Origin: an uncultured bacterium
GTDB lineage: Bacteria > Armatimonadota > Abditibacteriia > Abditibacteriales > Abditibacteriaceae
DNA: 64,000 bases
Direction of reading: 5' to 3'
Assembly: GCA_963843795.1 (NCBI GenBank)
Contig: CAWJLW010000006.1
Span: 3,174,375-3,238,374, forward strand
In this document: positions 19,581-29,038 of the stretch, in pieces
How the letters are laid out: every line of letters begins with the position of its first letter
How positions within the stretch are numbered: the stretch's first letter is position 1
Notes under the pieces: generated by a model
Told to the model about the DNA's origin: nothing
The model's input: the letters and a program-made list of their open reading frames with translations, nothing else
Databases searched by the model: none
Made by a program: the position numbers and the translations under genes

Positions 19581-20504
19581 TCAGGCCGCTACCTCATCAA
19601 GTTGCAGCGCGGCCAATACATCGAACAGTTGTTCTCGTTCTTCATCGCTCAAACCGCACAGCGGGGCTGCCATCGCATCATAGCAGATATTTAAAATTCG
19701 CAGCGCGCTTTTGATGCCTTTAATTGCCGACATCGGACTGTTATCCAGCTTATAAACGCTTTCGCCCACGGCAAGTACTTGCGCTTGCAATTGACGCACG
19801 CGTTCGCGGTTATTCTCCAGCGCCGCTTCGTAAAGCGCCACGAAAAGCGCGGGCGCTAAATTGGCGCCGCCGCAGACGCCGCCATCGCCGCCCGCAGCCA
19901 CAGCTTCGGCCAGCAAAGTTTCGGTTCCCATCATCATCGACCAATCAGGCCGCTCGTGCTGACTCACACGCAGCAAGCGCAGAAAATGATCCATATCGCC
20001 CGAAGTGTCTTTAATGCCGATTAAATTTGGCTGCTCGGCCAAGTGCCGCATCGTTTCGATTGAAATGTGAATTTTCGTCATTGCAGGCATATTGTAAAGC
20101 AGCAATGGCAGCGGCAAGGTTTGCGCGACTTCGCCAAGATAAGACAGCAATTCGGTTTGCGAGAGCGGAAAATATGGCGGCGGTGCCAACACGGCCGCCG
20201 TTGCGCCCTGTTCAGCGGAAAACTGGGCCAATTCCAGCGAAGTTTCTCGATTGGTATCGGTGATGCCGATAATCACCGGAACGCGATTATTATTGACACG
20301 ACACGTGACTTGCACGACTTCGCGGCGCAATCGCGGCGACAAACTCGGCCCTTCGCCGGTTGTGCCCATCAAAAACAAGCCGTGCGCTCCTGCACACAAA
20401 ACGTGCTCAATCAAACACTCCAAACCCTCGGCATCTAATTGGTCGCGGCCCAATAAAGGCGTCACTAAGGGCGGCACCACGCCGCTAATCAATTTTTTAC
20501 TCAT
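19581..20504 (-). CDS. Dihydrodipicolinate synthase-family aldolase
   Basis: GVVPPLVTP, GTTGEG, LYNMP, GIKDTSGD; ATG at 20504 abuts a palindrome copy. Confidence 0.9.
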   Translation of the reverse strand: MSKKLISGVVPPLVTPLLGRDQLDAEGLECLIEHVLCAGAHGLFLMGTTGEGPSLSPRLRREVVQVTCRVNNNRVPVIIGITDTNRETSLELAQFSAEQGATAAVLAPPPYFPLSQTELLSYLGEVAQTLPLPLLLYNMPAMTKIHISIETMRHLAEQPNLIGIKDTSGDMDHFLRLLRVSQHERPDWSMMMGTETLLAEAVAAGGDGGVCGGANLAPALFVALYEAALENNRERVRQLQAQVLAVGESVYKLDNSPMSAIKGIKSALRILNICYDAMAAPLCGLSDEEREQLFDVLAALQLDEVAA

Positions 20505-20524
20505 GCAAGTACTTGCCACCTTTA

Positions 20525-21865
20525 TCATTGCGGTAGATTCGCCACAAATATCTGGTTCCAGCCGTTCACGCGCTTGAGATACGCGATACGTTTTCCATCC
20601 GGCGCGAAGACACACGCCAATGGCAAGGGCGCGTTTTCCTTAGCGACGCGCGGTGTCACACGCGAACTTTTTCCGTTTGTCGCATCAACGATGAAGATGC
20701 TGTTGTCCGCCACATAAGCGATGAATTTTCCGTTGAAATTCCAGGTAAATGCTGAAGCCACGTCCCAAATGTCGCGCGTGATTTGTCGCGGCGCGCCGCC
20801 GTTGGATGGAATCGTCCACACCTGCACAATTCCATTATCGTCGCGCATTAAAAATGCGATTTGAGTTCCATCGGGCGACGAGCGCAGCCAATGGCGCGGG
20901 CCTTGAATGCCGGGAAATTTACGATTCTGCGTATGTGTCAAACGACGTTGCGTCGTGCCAAAGGGAGGAAGTGGACGCGTGTTTAAAGTGCCGGCAAGCG
21001 CGCCATCGGAGGCGGGCTTAGTTACATCATCGGGCAAATCGACGATAAAAACTTCGCTACTCGCGTCGCCATTTTCCGCCACGACTTCGCCTTGAAACGC
21101 AAGAGCACGTTTTTGGCGCGAGCCATTAGCGCGCAGGTAACCGTGCGTTCCAACCCAACTTTCTTCACAGGCGCGCTGAATTTCATCTGAACCCAATCGC
21201 GGCTGCGCCCAGGTGCGCGTGGCCAGAACCGAAAAATATGCGCCATCGTGATTGCGTGCATTGTCTTTCGAAACGCGCACTTTTCCTATCGGGACGCTGA
21301 CGCCGATATTGCGCTGGTCAATGTCGCTGCCGTTGATGGGTTGCGCGCCAAGCAATGCGTCATTATAAGTGAAGCTGAGCCAATCGCCGTGCGCGTCCCA
21401 AACGTGAACGTGCGAACCGCCGCGCAATGCGCCTGGCGTAAACGGTGGCGTGAGATCGCGCGCATCTAAATTCATTGCGCGGTGTGGAAGTTTGGTTTCA
21501 ACAATCACGCCCTGACGATGAGATGCGCCATATTGCCAATCGGGCGTCGGGTTTTCGGGGCCAAGAATGAAAACCACGCGCCAATGCTTTGGATCGAACG
21601 TTGCAACGCCGCAATGCGCCCCATTCTGTGCTTCGTATAAACGCCGCACTTCATTGCTCCAAACATTCACCATTTCGATGAAACTGCCATCGAAAATCGC
21701 GCCTTCGGCATCCGAGCGAACATCATAAACCAGCCAGTTGCTATCCGGCGACCAAACGTTGGCGTTGGTAAGAATGTGGCCATGCGGAGCAAAAGTAATT
21801 TGTTTTTCGTCAACTCTGTTGCGCATTTTTGTCGTGTCGGCTAAAATGTGACGGGCGTTTTCCAT
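20525..21865 (-). CDS. DUF3748/YidR-like beta-propeller protein (TolB/PD40-like repeats)
   Basis: EKQITFAPHGHILTNANVWSPDS, PFTPGALRGGSHVHVW, GIQGPRHWLRSSPDG; start may be 21826. Confidence 0.8.
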   Translation of the reverse strand: MENARHILADTTKMRNRVDEKQITFAPHGHILTNANVWSPDSNWLVYDVRSDAEGAIFDGSFIEMVNVWSNEVRRLYEAQNGAHCGVATFDPKHWRVVFILGPENPTPDWQYGASHRQGVIVETKLPHRAMNLDARDLTPPFTPGALRGGSHVHVWDAHGDWLSFTYNDALLGAQPINGSDIDQRNIGVSVPIGKVRVSKDNARNHDGAYFSVLATRTWAQPRLGSDEIQRACEESWVGTHGYLRANGSRQKRALAFQGEVVAENGDASSEVFIVDLPDDVTKPASDGALAGTLNTRPLPPFGTTQRRLTHTQNRKFPGIQGPRHWLRSSPDGTQIAFLMRDDNGIVQVWTIPSNGGAPRQITRDIWDVASAFTWNFNGKFIAYVADNSIFIVDATNGKSSRVTPRVAKENAPLPLACVFAPDGKRIAYLKRVNGWNQIFVANLPQ

Positions 21866-21875
21866 GCGTTCGTAC

Positions 21876-21948
21876 GGGCCGTTAGCTCAGTTGGTAGAGC
21901 AGGGGACTCTTAATCCCAAGGTCGTAGGTTCGATCCCTACACGGCCCA
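21876..21948 (+). tRNA. tRNA-Lys(CTT), CCA not encoded
   Basis: GGGCCGT/ACGGCCC acceptor stem, D arm AGCTCAGTTGGTAGAGC, anticodon loop CT-CTT-AA, GGTTCGATCC T loop. Confidence 0.95.
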
Positions 21949-22246
21949 TTTTCACCTTTTTTATCTTCACTCCGATGATAATCTTCTCCTAATCCTTCGC
22001 TTTTCGTTCCTCGACTATCGCGCCTTGCGATAGCTTTGTGTCGTGTTTCACTGTGTCTCCCTGCAACGCGCTTTGTTTTCTCGCGTTTGATGAGCACGTT
22101 CTCGTTGCTTTCCCTATTTATTTTTGGCAAGACCAGCGTTGCAAGTACTCGCAGCGTTTAAAATCGCCCTGCAAGTACTTGCAGCGCGATTCGCGGCGTT
22201 GGTTTTGCGCATTTGTCATTTTTGTCACATTTTTTGAAGGAATTTT

Positions 22247-23665
22247 ATGTCATCACAAATCCCTGAAGCCGAAGTTTTCACGCGCGATAGTGCCGGAATG
22301 ATTTCTACCGAAGTCGAACCCGAACGCGCTCTACTCGCCCATCTCACTATTACTGCGCCCAATCCATCCGAGCGCCGCAATCACGCGCCCGATTCGCCGC
22401 CTTCATTGGACGAACTTGATGCGGATGAAGGCGAAGAAACTTCCAGTCTGGAAGAATTGGCCGGATTAGCCGAGGCGGCCGGAGCGCAAGTGGTCGAAAC
22501 TATTACGCAGAAGCGCCCGCGTCCCGAACCTTCGACTTTGTTTGGTAAAGGCAAGGTTCAGGAAATCAAAATGTTGTGCGAAGATACGCGTGCTGATGTT
22601 TTGATTGTCGATTGCGACCTCACACCCGCGCAAGGCAAAAATCTGGAAAAGGAACTGAAAGTGCGTGTCATCGACCGCACCGAATTGATTCTCGATATTT
22701 TCGCGCGCCGCGCGCAAACTTATCAGGCCAAACTGCAAGTCGAGTTAGCACAACTACGTTATCAATTGCCGCGTTTGAAAAGGATGTGGACTCACCTTGA
22801 GCGCACCGGCGGTGGCATCGGTACGCGCGGGCCGGGCGAAACTCAGCTCGAAACCGACCGCTCACTGGCGCGCGGGCGCATCACGCTGCTCGAACGCGAA
22901 TTGGAAACTGTGCGCAAGCGCAAAGACATCGAAGCCAGTGCGCGTTACGAATTTGAGTTAGGAGCATTGGTGGGCTACACCAACGTCGGCAAAAGCGCGC
23001 TTTTGAATGCGCTTTCCAATCCGACCGGCAAGCGCGTTTACGAAGCCGATCAATTGTTCGCGACTTTGGGTTCTTCGACGCGCAAAGTCGAATTGGGCGG
23101 CGGACGTTCGATTTTGCTTTCGGACACGGTCGGTTTCGTGCGTCGTTTGCCTCACTTTCTGGTCGAAAGTTTTCATTCAACGCTCAGCGAAGTCGCCAAT
23201 GCCGATTTTCTTCTCCTAGTCGTCGACAGCGCAGATGACGAATTGGACGACAAGCTGAAATCGGTGCAAAGTGTATTGAACGAAATCGAGTTGGGTGAAA
23301 CGAAAATTCTCGACACGCCGCACATTTTGGTGCTGAACCAATGCGACCGCTTGGACGAAACGCAGCGCGCCGATGTCGCGCGACGTTATCCCGATGGCGT
23401 TTTCACTTCGGCCCTCACGCGCGAAGGTTTGGACGAATTGCAAAATCGCATTCAAGATTTGTTGGACGCGCAGGGCGAAGAATGCGAATTCGAATTACGC
23501 GCCAGCGATACCGAAACCGGTCGCGTTTTGAGCGATATTGCGCGCCACGGCACGGTTTTGTGTCAGGAATGGCGCGGGGAAAGCGACCCGATTCTGCATC
23601 TCAAAGCGCGCTTAGCGCCGCGTTGGCACGAACAGTTGGAAGAATACAAAGTCGATGGCGCGTAA
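22247..23665 (+). CDS. hflX: Ribosome-splitting GTPase HflX
   Basis: DRTELILDIFA, GGIGTRGPGETQLE, GYTNVGKS, DTVGF. Confidence 0.96.
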   Translation: MSSQIPEAEVFTRDSAGMISTEVEPERALLAHLTITAPNPSERRNHAPDSPPSLDELDADEGEETSSLEELAGLAEAAGAQVVETITQKRPRPEPSTLFGKGKVQEIKMLCEDTRADVLIVDCDLTPAQGKNLEKELKVRVIDRTELILDIFARRAQTYQAKLQVELAQLRYQLPRLKRMWTHLERTGGGIGTRGPGETQLETDRSLARGRITLLERELETVRKRKDIEASARYEFELGALVGYTNVGKSALLNALSNPTGKRVYEADQLFATLGSSTRKVELGGGRSILLSDTVGFVRRLPHFLVESFHSTLSEVANADFLLLVVDSADDELDDKLKSVQSVLNEIELGETKILDTPHILVLNQCDRLDETQRADVARRYPDGVFTSALTREGLDELQNRIQDLLDAQGEECEFELRASDTETGRVLSDIARHGTVLCQEWRGESDPILHLKARLAPRWHEQLEEYKVDGA

Positions 23666-23736
23666 TCGATTCCCAAAACAAGTGAAGCTGCAAGTACTTG
23701 CAGCTTCACTTGTGGGGGTTATCACCGAGTCAACTT

Positions 23737-24228
23737 ATGAAATTGATTTTCGTTTGCAGTGGCAATACCTGCCGCTCGCCGCTCGCTGTCGCTGCGTGGC
23801 GCGCCTTGCCCGATGCGCCCGCGTTGGATGTGAGTTCGGCGGGTTTGCACGCGCACAGTGGCGCGCCGATGAGCGCCCCCGCTTTGCGGATTGCACGCGA
23901 GTGGGGCGTCGATTTAAGCGAGCATCGCGCCCGCGCTTTGAACGTCAGTTTGCGGCGTGAGTGCGATGTAATCGCCGTGATGACGCCCGATCAGCGCGAA
24001 GTTTTGCGTCACGATGACAACGTCACAGGCCGCGTAGTTTTGCTGGGCGAATACGATTTTGCACCGCTGGCGCCGTTGTTTTTGAATACACAGAGCAATA
24101 GCGGCGAAATTTACGATCCGTTTGGTGGTTCACGCGAAGCCTATCAAAGCTGCGCAAGTCAAATCCAGCGCGCCGTTGCGGCCTTGGCGCGCGAATTAAA
24201 ATCTGAAATTGAAGCTTCGCACGCTTGA
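23737..24228 (+). CDS. Low-molecular-weight protein tyrosine/arginine phosphatase
   Basis: FVCSGNTCRSP P-loop, DPFGG. Confidence 0.92.
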   Translation: MKLIFVCSGNTCRSPLAVAAWRALPDAPALDVSSAGLHAHSGAPMSAPALRIAREWGVDLSEHRARALNVSLRRECDVIAVMTPDQREVLRHDDNVTGRVVLLGEYDFAPLAPLFLNTQSNSGEIYDPFGGSREAYQSCASQIQRAVAALARELKSEIEASHA

Positions 24229-24249
24229 TGCACAGTTAGTCTGACTCTT

Positions 24250-25182
24250 ATGAAACGTTTACTTTTGCTGGCATTGCCCGTGATTTCAATTTCGCTTGGC
24301 GGCTGCGCAGCGCAAAACGCCAGTTCGGAGACTTCGCTTTCGGAGCCTTCACTTTTGATGCGCGTGGCGCAAGCGATTGTCGGCGGCGCGGCTTATGATC
24401 GCGCTACAGTCGCGGCACGCGATGGCAACGATGCGGCATTTTTGCGCGCGCAACGCGAAATCGAGCGCGCTGGTGGCGAATTTTCTGCGCCCGGCGCGAA
24501 TTCGCTGGCCGGACAAGCCGTTAAAATGGCGATCAATTACGGTCAAAAAGCCGACGCTTCCAGCGGTGCAGATGCGCAAATGTGGCGTCAGAAAGAAGCC
24601 GAGCAATACCGGCGCGCGCTGCGTTTGGGCGCGGCACACTCGAACGATCCGGAAATTTTGAATGCTGTTGGTTATTTTCTGGCCGAAAGCGGCACCAGCG
24701 AGAAAGATTTCGAGCAGGCCGAACAATTGACGCGCAAATCGCTGGCGCTGTGGAAGCAGCTCATGGACAAAGCCACGCTCGATACCACGCGCGCGGCTTA
24801 TCAGTTCAGCATGGCGAATGTGCGCGACTCGGTCGCCTGGGCGCTGTATCGTCAAAAGCGTTTCGACGAAGCGGCGCGCGAGCAAGAACACGCTCTCAAA
24901 GAAGCGCGCGAGGCTGCGGACAAGGCCGGAATTCTCGGCGCGACGTGGGCCAAAATGCCGCCTGAATTGCCTTATCATCTGGGCGAAATTTATCGCGCAC
25001 AGGGCAAAATTCAACAAGCGCGCGTTCAATGGCAAGCCGCTCTGAAGCTCGATCCAACTTTTGCCGATGCAATTATCGCTTTGCAAAAATTGGACGACAA
25101 AACTCCAAATTTGCACTCTCCCGATACGCGAACACCGGAGTTGGTGATTCCCGATGCCAATTCGGATCGCATAGATTTGTGA
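24250..25182 (+). CDS. TPR-repeat lipoprotein
   Basis: Lipobox LGGC; LNAVGYFLA, DSVAWALY, YHLGEIY...WQAALKLDP. Confidence 0.8.
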   Translation: MKRLLLLALPVISISLGGCAAQNASSETSLSEPSLLMRVAQAIVGGAAYDRATVAARDGNDAAFLRAQREIERAGGEFSAPGANSLAGQAVKMAINYGQKADASSGADAQMWRQKEAEQYRRALRLGAAHSNDPEILNAVGYFLAESGTSEKDFEQAEQLTRKSLALWKQLMDKATLDTTRAAYQFSMANVRDSVAWALYRQKRFDEAAREQEHALKEAREAADKAGILGATWAKMPPELPYHLGEIYRAQGKIQQARVQWQAALKLDPTFADAIIALQKLDDKTPNLHSPDTRTPELVIPDANSDRIDL

Positions 25183-25254
25183 GAAAATAAGTTGGAATAG
25201 TTACGATTCGGCTCGCTGCAAGTATTTGCAGCGAGCCTTTAAATTCTGTGGATT

Positions 25255-26250
25255 ATGAAAAACGAAAACTGGGAAATTTTGGCGCGGCAAGTACTTGCCA
25301 TTGAAAGCGCGGCCATCGCGCGCCTGAGTGAACGCTTGAACGACGATTTCGCGCGCGCTTTGCAACTGCTGCTCGATTGTCGTGGGCGCGTCGTCGTCAC
25401 TGGCGTCGGCAAAAGCGGCCATATCGGACGCAAAATCGCCTCGACACTCTCCTCGACCGGCACGCCCGCGTTGTTTCTCCACGCTGCTGAAGGCTTGCAC
25501 GGAGATTTGGGCATGGCGACACGCGGCGATGTGCTGCTGGCAATTTCCTATTCGGGCCGTTCTGATGAACTCACTGGCTTGCTGCCCACTATCAAAAATT
25601 TGGAAATTCCAATTATCGCCCTCACCGGCAACCCGCACGGATATCTGGCGATGCAAGCGGATGTGATTCTCAATATCGCTGTCGAACGCGAAGCCTGTCC
25701 TTTAAATCTCGCGCCGACCGCTTCGACAGCGGCAGCTTTGGCGATGGGCGATTGTCTGGCGGTGTGCGTGATGCAAATGCGCGGTTTCTCCGAGCACGAT
25801 TTCGCGCGCACTCATCCGGGCGGCGCGCTGGGCAAAAGCGCGCAACTGCGCGTATATGAATTGATGCGCAGCGGCCACCGTTTGGCAACTGTCGCACCAA
25901 ATGACACAGTGCGTCAAACGCTGCAAGCAATTACCGATGCCCAAGCGGGCGCGGCAGTCATTGTTGCAAATGACGCTGCGAGTACTTGCAACACGCTTTT
26001 GGGCTACATCACCGATGGCGATGTGCGGCGGCGCTTATTGGATTGCGCCGATGCCGAGCAATTGTTGCGCGCGCCAATTGAGTATTTTATGACGCGCACG
26101 CCGCTTTCATTATCGCCGCAAATGCCCGCCATTGAAGCCTTGCGCGCCTTGCAAGATCGCGGCGTCGATGACGCGCCGGTCGTGGATGAGAATAATTGTG
26201 TGGTGGGAGTTTTGGACGTGCAGGAATTATTGCGCGCGGGCGTGGTTTGA
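25255..26250 (+). CDS. kdsD: Arabinose-5-phosphate isomerase (KpsF/GutQ family; SIS + 2 CBS)
   Basis: GVGKSGHIGRKIASTLSSTGTP, HGDLG, HPGGALG. Confidence 0.93.
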   Translation: MKNENWEILARQVLAIESAAIARLSERLNDDFARALQLLLDCRGRVVVTGVGKSGHIGRKIASTLSSTGTPALFLHAAEGLHGDLGMATRGDVLLAISYSGRSDELTGLLPTIKNLEIPIIALTGNPHGYLAMQADVILNIAVEREACPLNLAPTASTAAALAMGDCLAVCVMQMRGFSEHDFARTHPGGALGKSAQLRVYELMRSGHRLATVAPNDTVRQTLQAITDAQAGAAVIVANDAASTCNTLLGYITDGDVRRRLLDCADAEQLLRAPIEYFMTRTPLSLSPQMPAIEALRALQDRGVDDAPVVDENNCVVGVLDVQELLRAGVV

Positions 26251-26397
26251 ATGGCGATTTTCAGTTGGCGTTTTCGAACTTGAGTGGGTGGCAAGAAAAT
26301 TCAAACGAACACACAGTTTCATTGAAAACTTTCAAATCCTTTGGATATCTGCTGCATATCTGCATAGCAAAACACTCTGACAAGATTCAGTAAATCT

Positions 26398-27108
26398 CTA
26401 AAGCGATGCACCAACTTCCCACTCGCAGCGCTCAATCGCTGCATCTAGCGCTTGCTGCACGCGCCCTTGCCACAATTCCGCATTATCTCGCGCGCCATCG
26501 GGTGGCACGATGAGAGCTTCGCCCAGATGAACGTGAACGTGAGCGAAGGGTTGCGGGATAAAATAGCGATCCCACGTATTCAAGCGCCAGCATTTATTCG
26601 CTGCGGCGCCCAGAGGAATAATTGTCGCGGGCGCGTTGGCTGCTAAATAAACCACGCCGGGCTGCACTTCGTGTCGCGGGCCTTTGGGGCCATCGGGCGT
26701 GAAGGCGAACGATTGCCCTTGCCGCAGCAAACGCAGCATTTCGCGCAGCGCCTTGATGCCTTCGCGTTTGCGCGTCGAAGAACCCCACACGTTCGGCCAG
26801 CCATACAAACGCCAGAACGCGGCTTGCATTTGACCTGCTCGCGAGCGGCTGGTCATGATAGCGATGTTTTTGTCGCGGAATAAATGCAGCGGCATCAAGG
26901 TCAAATCGTGCCACGTCACGAAGAGGACACCAAGCTCGTTGGGTTCGTCCAAAATCGGCGGCAATTGTTGCGCGCCGCTGACTGTGATGCGCAAAGTCAG
27001 CATTAAAATCGAATGCACGATTTGCAAAATGCGTGGCACAAGCCATGCTCGAATTGTGCACCACGGCCAGCCTGTTGTCCAATAATATTCGCGCCACACT
27101 CGTAACAT
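26398..27108 (-). CDS. DUF374 / lysophospholipid acyltransferase-family protein
   Basis: FVTWHD, GSSTR, FTPDGPKGP, WDRYFIPQPF. Confidence 0.85.
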   Translation of the reverse strand: MLRVWREYYWTTGWPWCTIRAWLVPRILQIVHSILMLTLRITVSGAQQLPPILDEPNELGVLFVTWHDLTLMPLHLFRDKNIAIMTSRSRAGQMQAAFWRLYGWPNVWGSSTRKREGIKALREMLRLLRQGQSFAFTPDGPKGPRHEVQPGVVYLAANAPATIIPLGAAANKCWRLNTWDRYFIPQPFAHVHVHLGEALIVPPDGARDNAELWQGRVQQALDAAIERCEWEVGASL

Positions 27109-27249
27109 ATCGCTCCCACAGCGCGCTGCAGGTACTTGCAGCGCGTTTTTCACGGGACAAGTGTGCGTTTTTGCAGCGCGTTTCGCCATCGGAAATGCAC
27201 ACTACGAAGTCGCAAGTACTTGCATCCCTAATTTTCGATTTTTGCCCAC

Positions 27250-28953
27250 ATGAAAATGAACACTCGCCACGAAAGATGGCGCGAAGTTGCGCTATTCGCA
27301 TTTTTTTTCCTCGTGGCTTTGTATCTGATGGCTCCTGTTCTGCCGCACTGGCGCACGCAAATGTATGGTGGTGTGGGCGACAGCACAATTTACGCTTATA
27401 TGGCGGGCTGGATGCTGCACGCAGTGCAAAACGGGCAATCGCCGTTTTTCGATCCACAGCTCAATTTTCCCGATGGTTTGATGCTGACCGGCACCGATAT
27501 TCCGTATTTGCATCTTTTGGCCGCGCTGCCGATTACCGAGCGTTTCGGCCCGGTCGCGACGCTGAATTCTATTATTCTGCTTTGCCATTTTTTGTCCGGT
27601 TATTTGCCATATTTGTGGATACGTGCGCTGACTCAAAATCGCGCGGCAGCTTTGGTCGCGGGATTAGCCTTTGTCTTAACGCCGTATCGCATCGTTCACA
27701 GCGTACATATTAATTTGGTTGCCACGCACGTTTTGGTGCTGTTCTTCTGGGCGCTAGATAATGCCCTTGCAAGTACTTGCAACAGGGAAAATTCGCAAGC
27801 TTCGCGGCGCAAATTATTTTGGCTGGCTGGGGCGACGTTTTATGCGGGCGGCACTTCGCAGTATTATCTGGCGATTTGTCTGGTGTGTGGAGCGTTGTAT
27901 TTGGCGCTGATGAATTGGCGCGCGTGGTCGAGAATTTTGCCGGTCTGGTTGCTGGGCGCTTTGGTCAGCGCTCTGCCCTATTTGGCACTTGTGGGCGGCG
28001 GCACGTTTCAAAGCAGCCATATTTTGGCGTCACGCGATTATTCGGCCAGCCCATTAGATTTCCTGATTCCTTCGACTTTGCATCCACTTTGGGGCCGTTT
28101 TGTTAGCAATACACTGGGCGTTGCCAACAGCGAACGCACAATTTATATCGGCGTGGCCGCGCTGTTTCTGGCTTTTATCGCCCTGCGCCACAAAGCAACC
28201 GATGACGCGCTTCAACGCGGACGGCGGCGCGCGTGGATTGGCGTGATCGCGCTGGCGGCGTTATTCGCGCTGGGCACTGATTTGCATTTGTTGCACGGCC
28301 CGCTGAGTTCTCAGCATCCGCTGTGGCTGCCGTCGTTTTATCTGGGGCAATTGCCTTTTGCGGGCATTATGCGCGTGTGGGCGCGCTTCGGCATCGTTTC
28401 GATTTTGTTTGTGGCCCTTTTAGCGGGCTTTGGCATGGCGCGTGGAATGGAAAAATTTCCAGAATCGCCCCAGAAACGAGGTGTCGTGGCTTTGCTGGGG
28501 ACAATGCTAGTGCTGCTTGATTTGGGCACCGTTTTATCGACGCCACAAAGCTTGGCTTTGCGTCCGATTGACAGATGGCTGATTCGCCAACCGGGAGATT
28601 TCGTCGTTGCATCGCTACCGGTTTCGAGCGAGGTCGCACCACTTTTTCAGAGCGCCTACGCTTCGCTGTGGCATCGCCATCGCCTGCCAATGACCGTTCA
28701 TCCCAAACATCAACCGCCCGCCTTTCGTCGCTTTTACGCTCTGGCTGCCAAATTTCCCAATCAGAAGTCGATCAGTGGTTTGCAGACGATGGGCTTCAGG
28801 TATTTGCTGCTCGATAGCGCGCAGTTCGATGGCGTCGCAACCGCCCATTGGAGTTCAGTCGAAAGCGCGCTCAAGCGGTGGCCCGGTCTGCGCTTCGTGG
28901 ACCGCGTCGGTTCAATTGTGATTGTGCAATTGCCGGATTTACCAGTTAAATAA
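27250..28953 (+). CDS. Polytopic membrane protein, possibly a GT-C-type glycosyltransferase (YfhO-like)
   Basis: Many TM segments; FFDPQLNFP, AGLAFVLTPYR, MRVWARF. Confidence 0.55.
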   Translation: MKMNTRHERWREVALFAFFFLVALYLMAPVLPHWRTQMYGGVGDSTIYAYMAGWMLHAVQNGQSPFFDPQLNFPDGLMLTGTDIPYLHLLAALPITERFGPVATLNSIILLCHFLSGYLPYLWIRALTQNRAAALVAGLAFVLTPYRIVHSVHINLVATHVLVLFFWALDNALASTCNRENSQASRRKLFWLAGATFYAGGTSQYYLAICLVCGALYLALMNWRAWSRILPVWLLGALVSALPYLALVGGGTFQSSHILASRDYSASPLDFLIPSTLHPLWGRFVSNTLGVANSERTIYIGVAALFLAFIALRHKATDDALQRGRRRAWIGVIALAALFALGTDLHLLHGPLSSQHPLWLPSFYLGQLPFAGIMRVWARFGIVSILFVALLAGFGMARGMEKFPESPQKRGVVALLGTMLVLLDLGTVLSTPQSLALRPIDRWLIRQPGDFVVASLPVSSEVAPLFQSAYASLWHRHRLPMTVHPKHQPPAFRRFYALAAKFPNQKSISGLQTMGFRYLLLDSAQFDGVATAHWSSVESALKRWPGLRFVDRVGSIVIVQLPDLPVK

Positions 28954-28982
28954 GTGCTGCAAGTACTTGCAGCACCCAAAGA

Positions 28983-29014
28983 GAAAACCCGAACGCATGG
29001 GCGTTCGGGTTTTT
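28983..29014. terminator. Bidirectional terminator between convergent genes
   Basis: AAAACCCGAACGC-atgg-GCGTTCGGGTTTTT. Confidence 0.8.
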
Positions 29015-29038
29015 CGCTTGATGATTTTGGTATTTTGC

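Noticed and set aside
21876..22246. tRNA-Lys as a genomic-island attachment site
   Set aside because: There is no integrase and no duplicated tRNA 3' end, and the flanks are ordinary genes.
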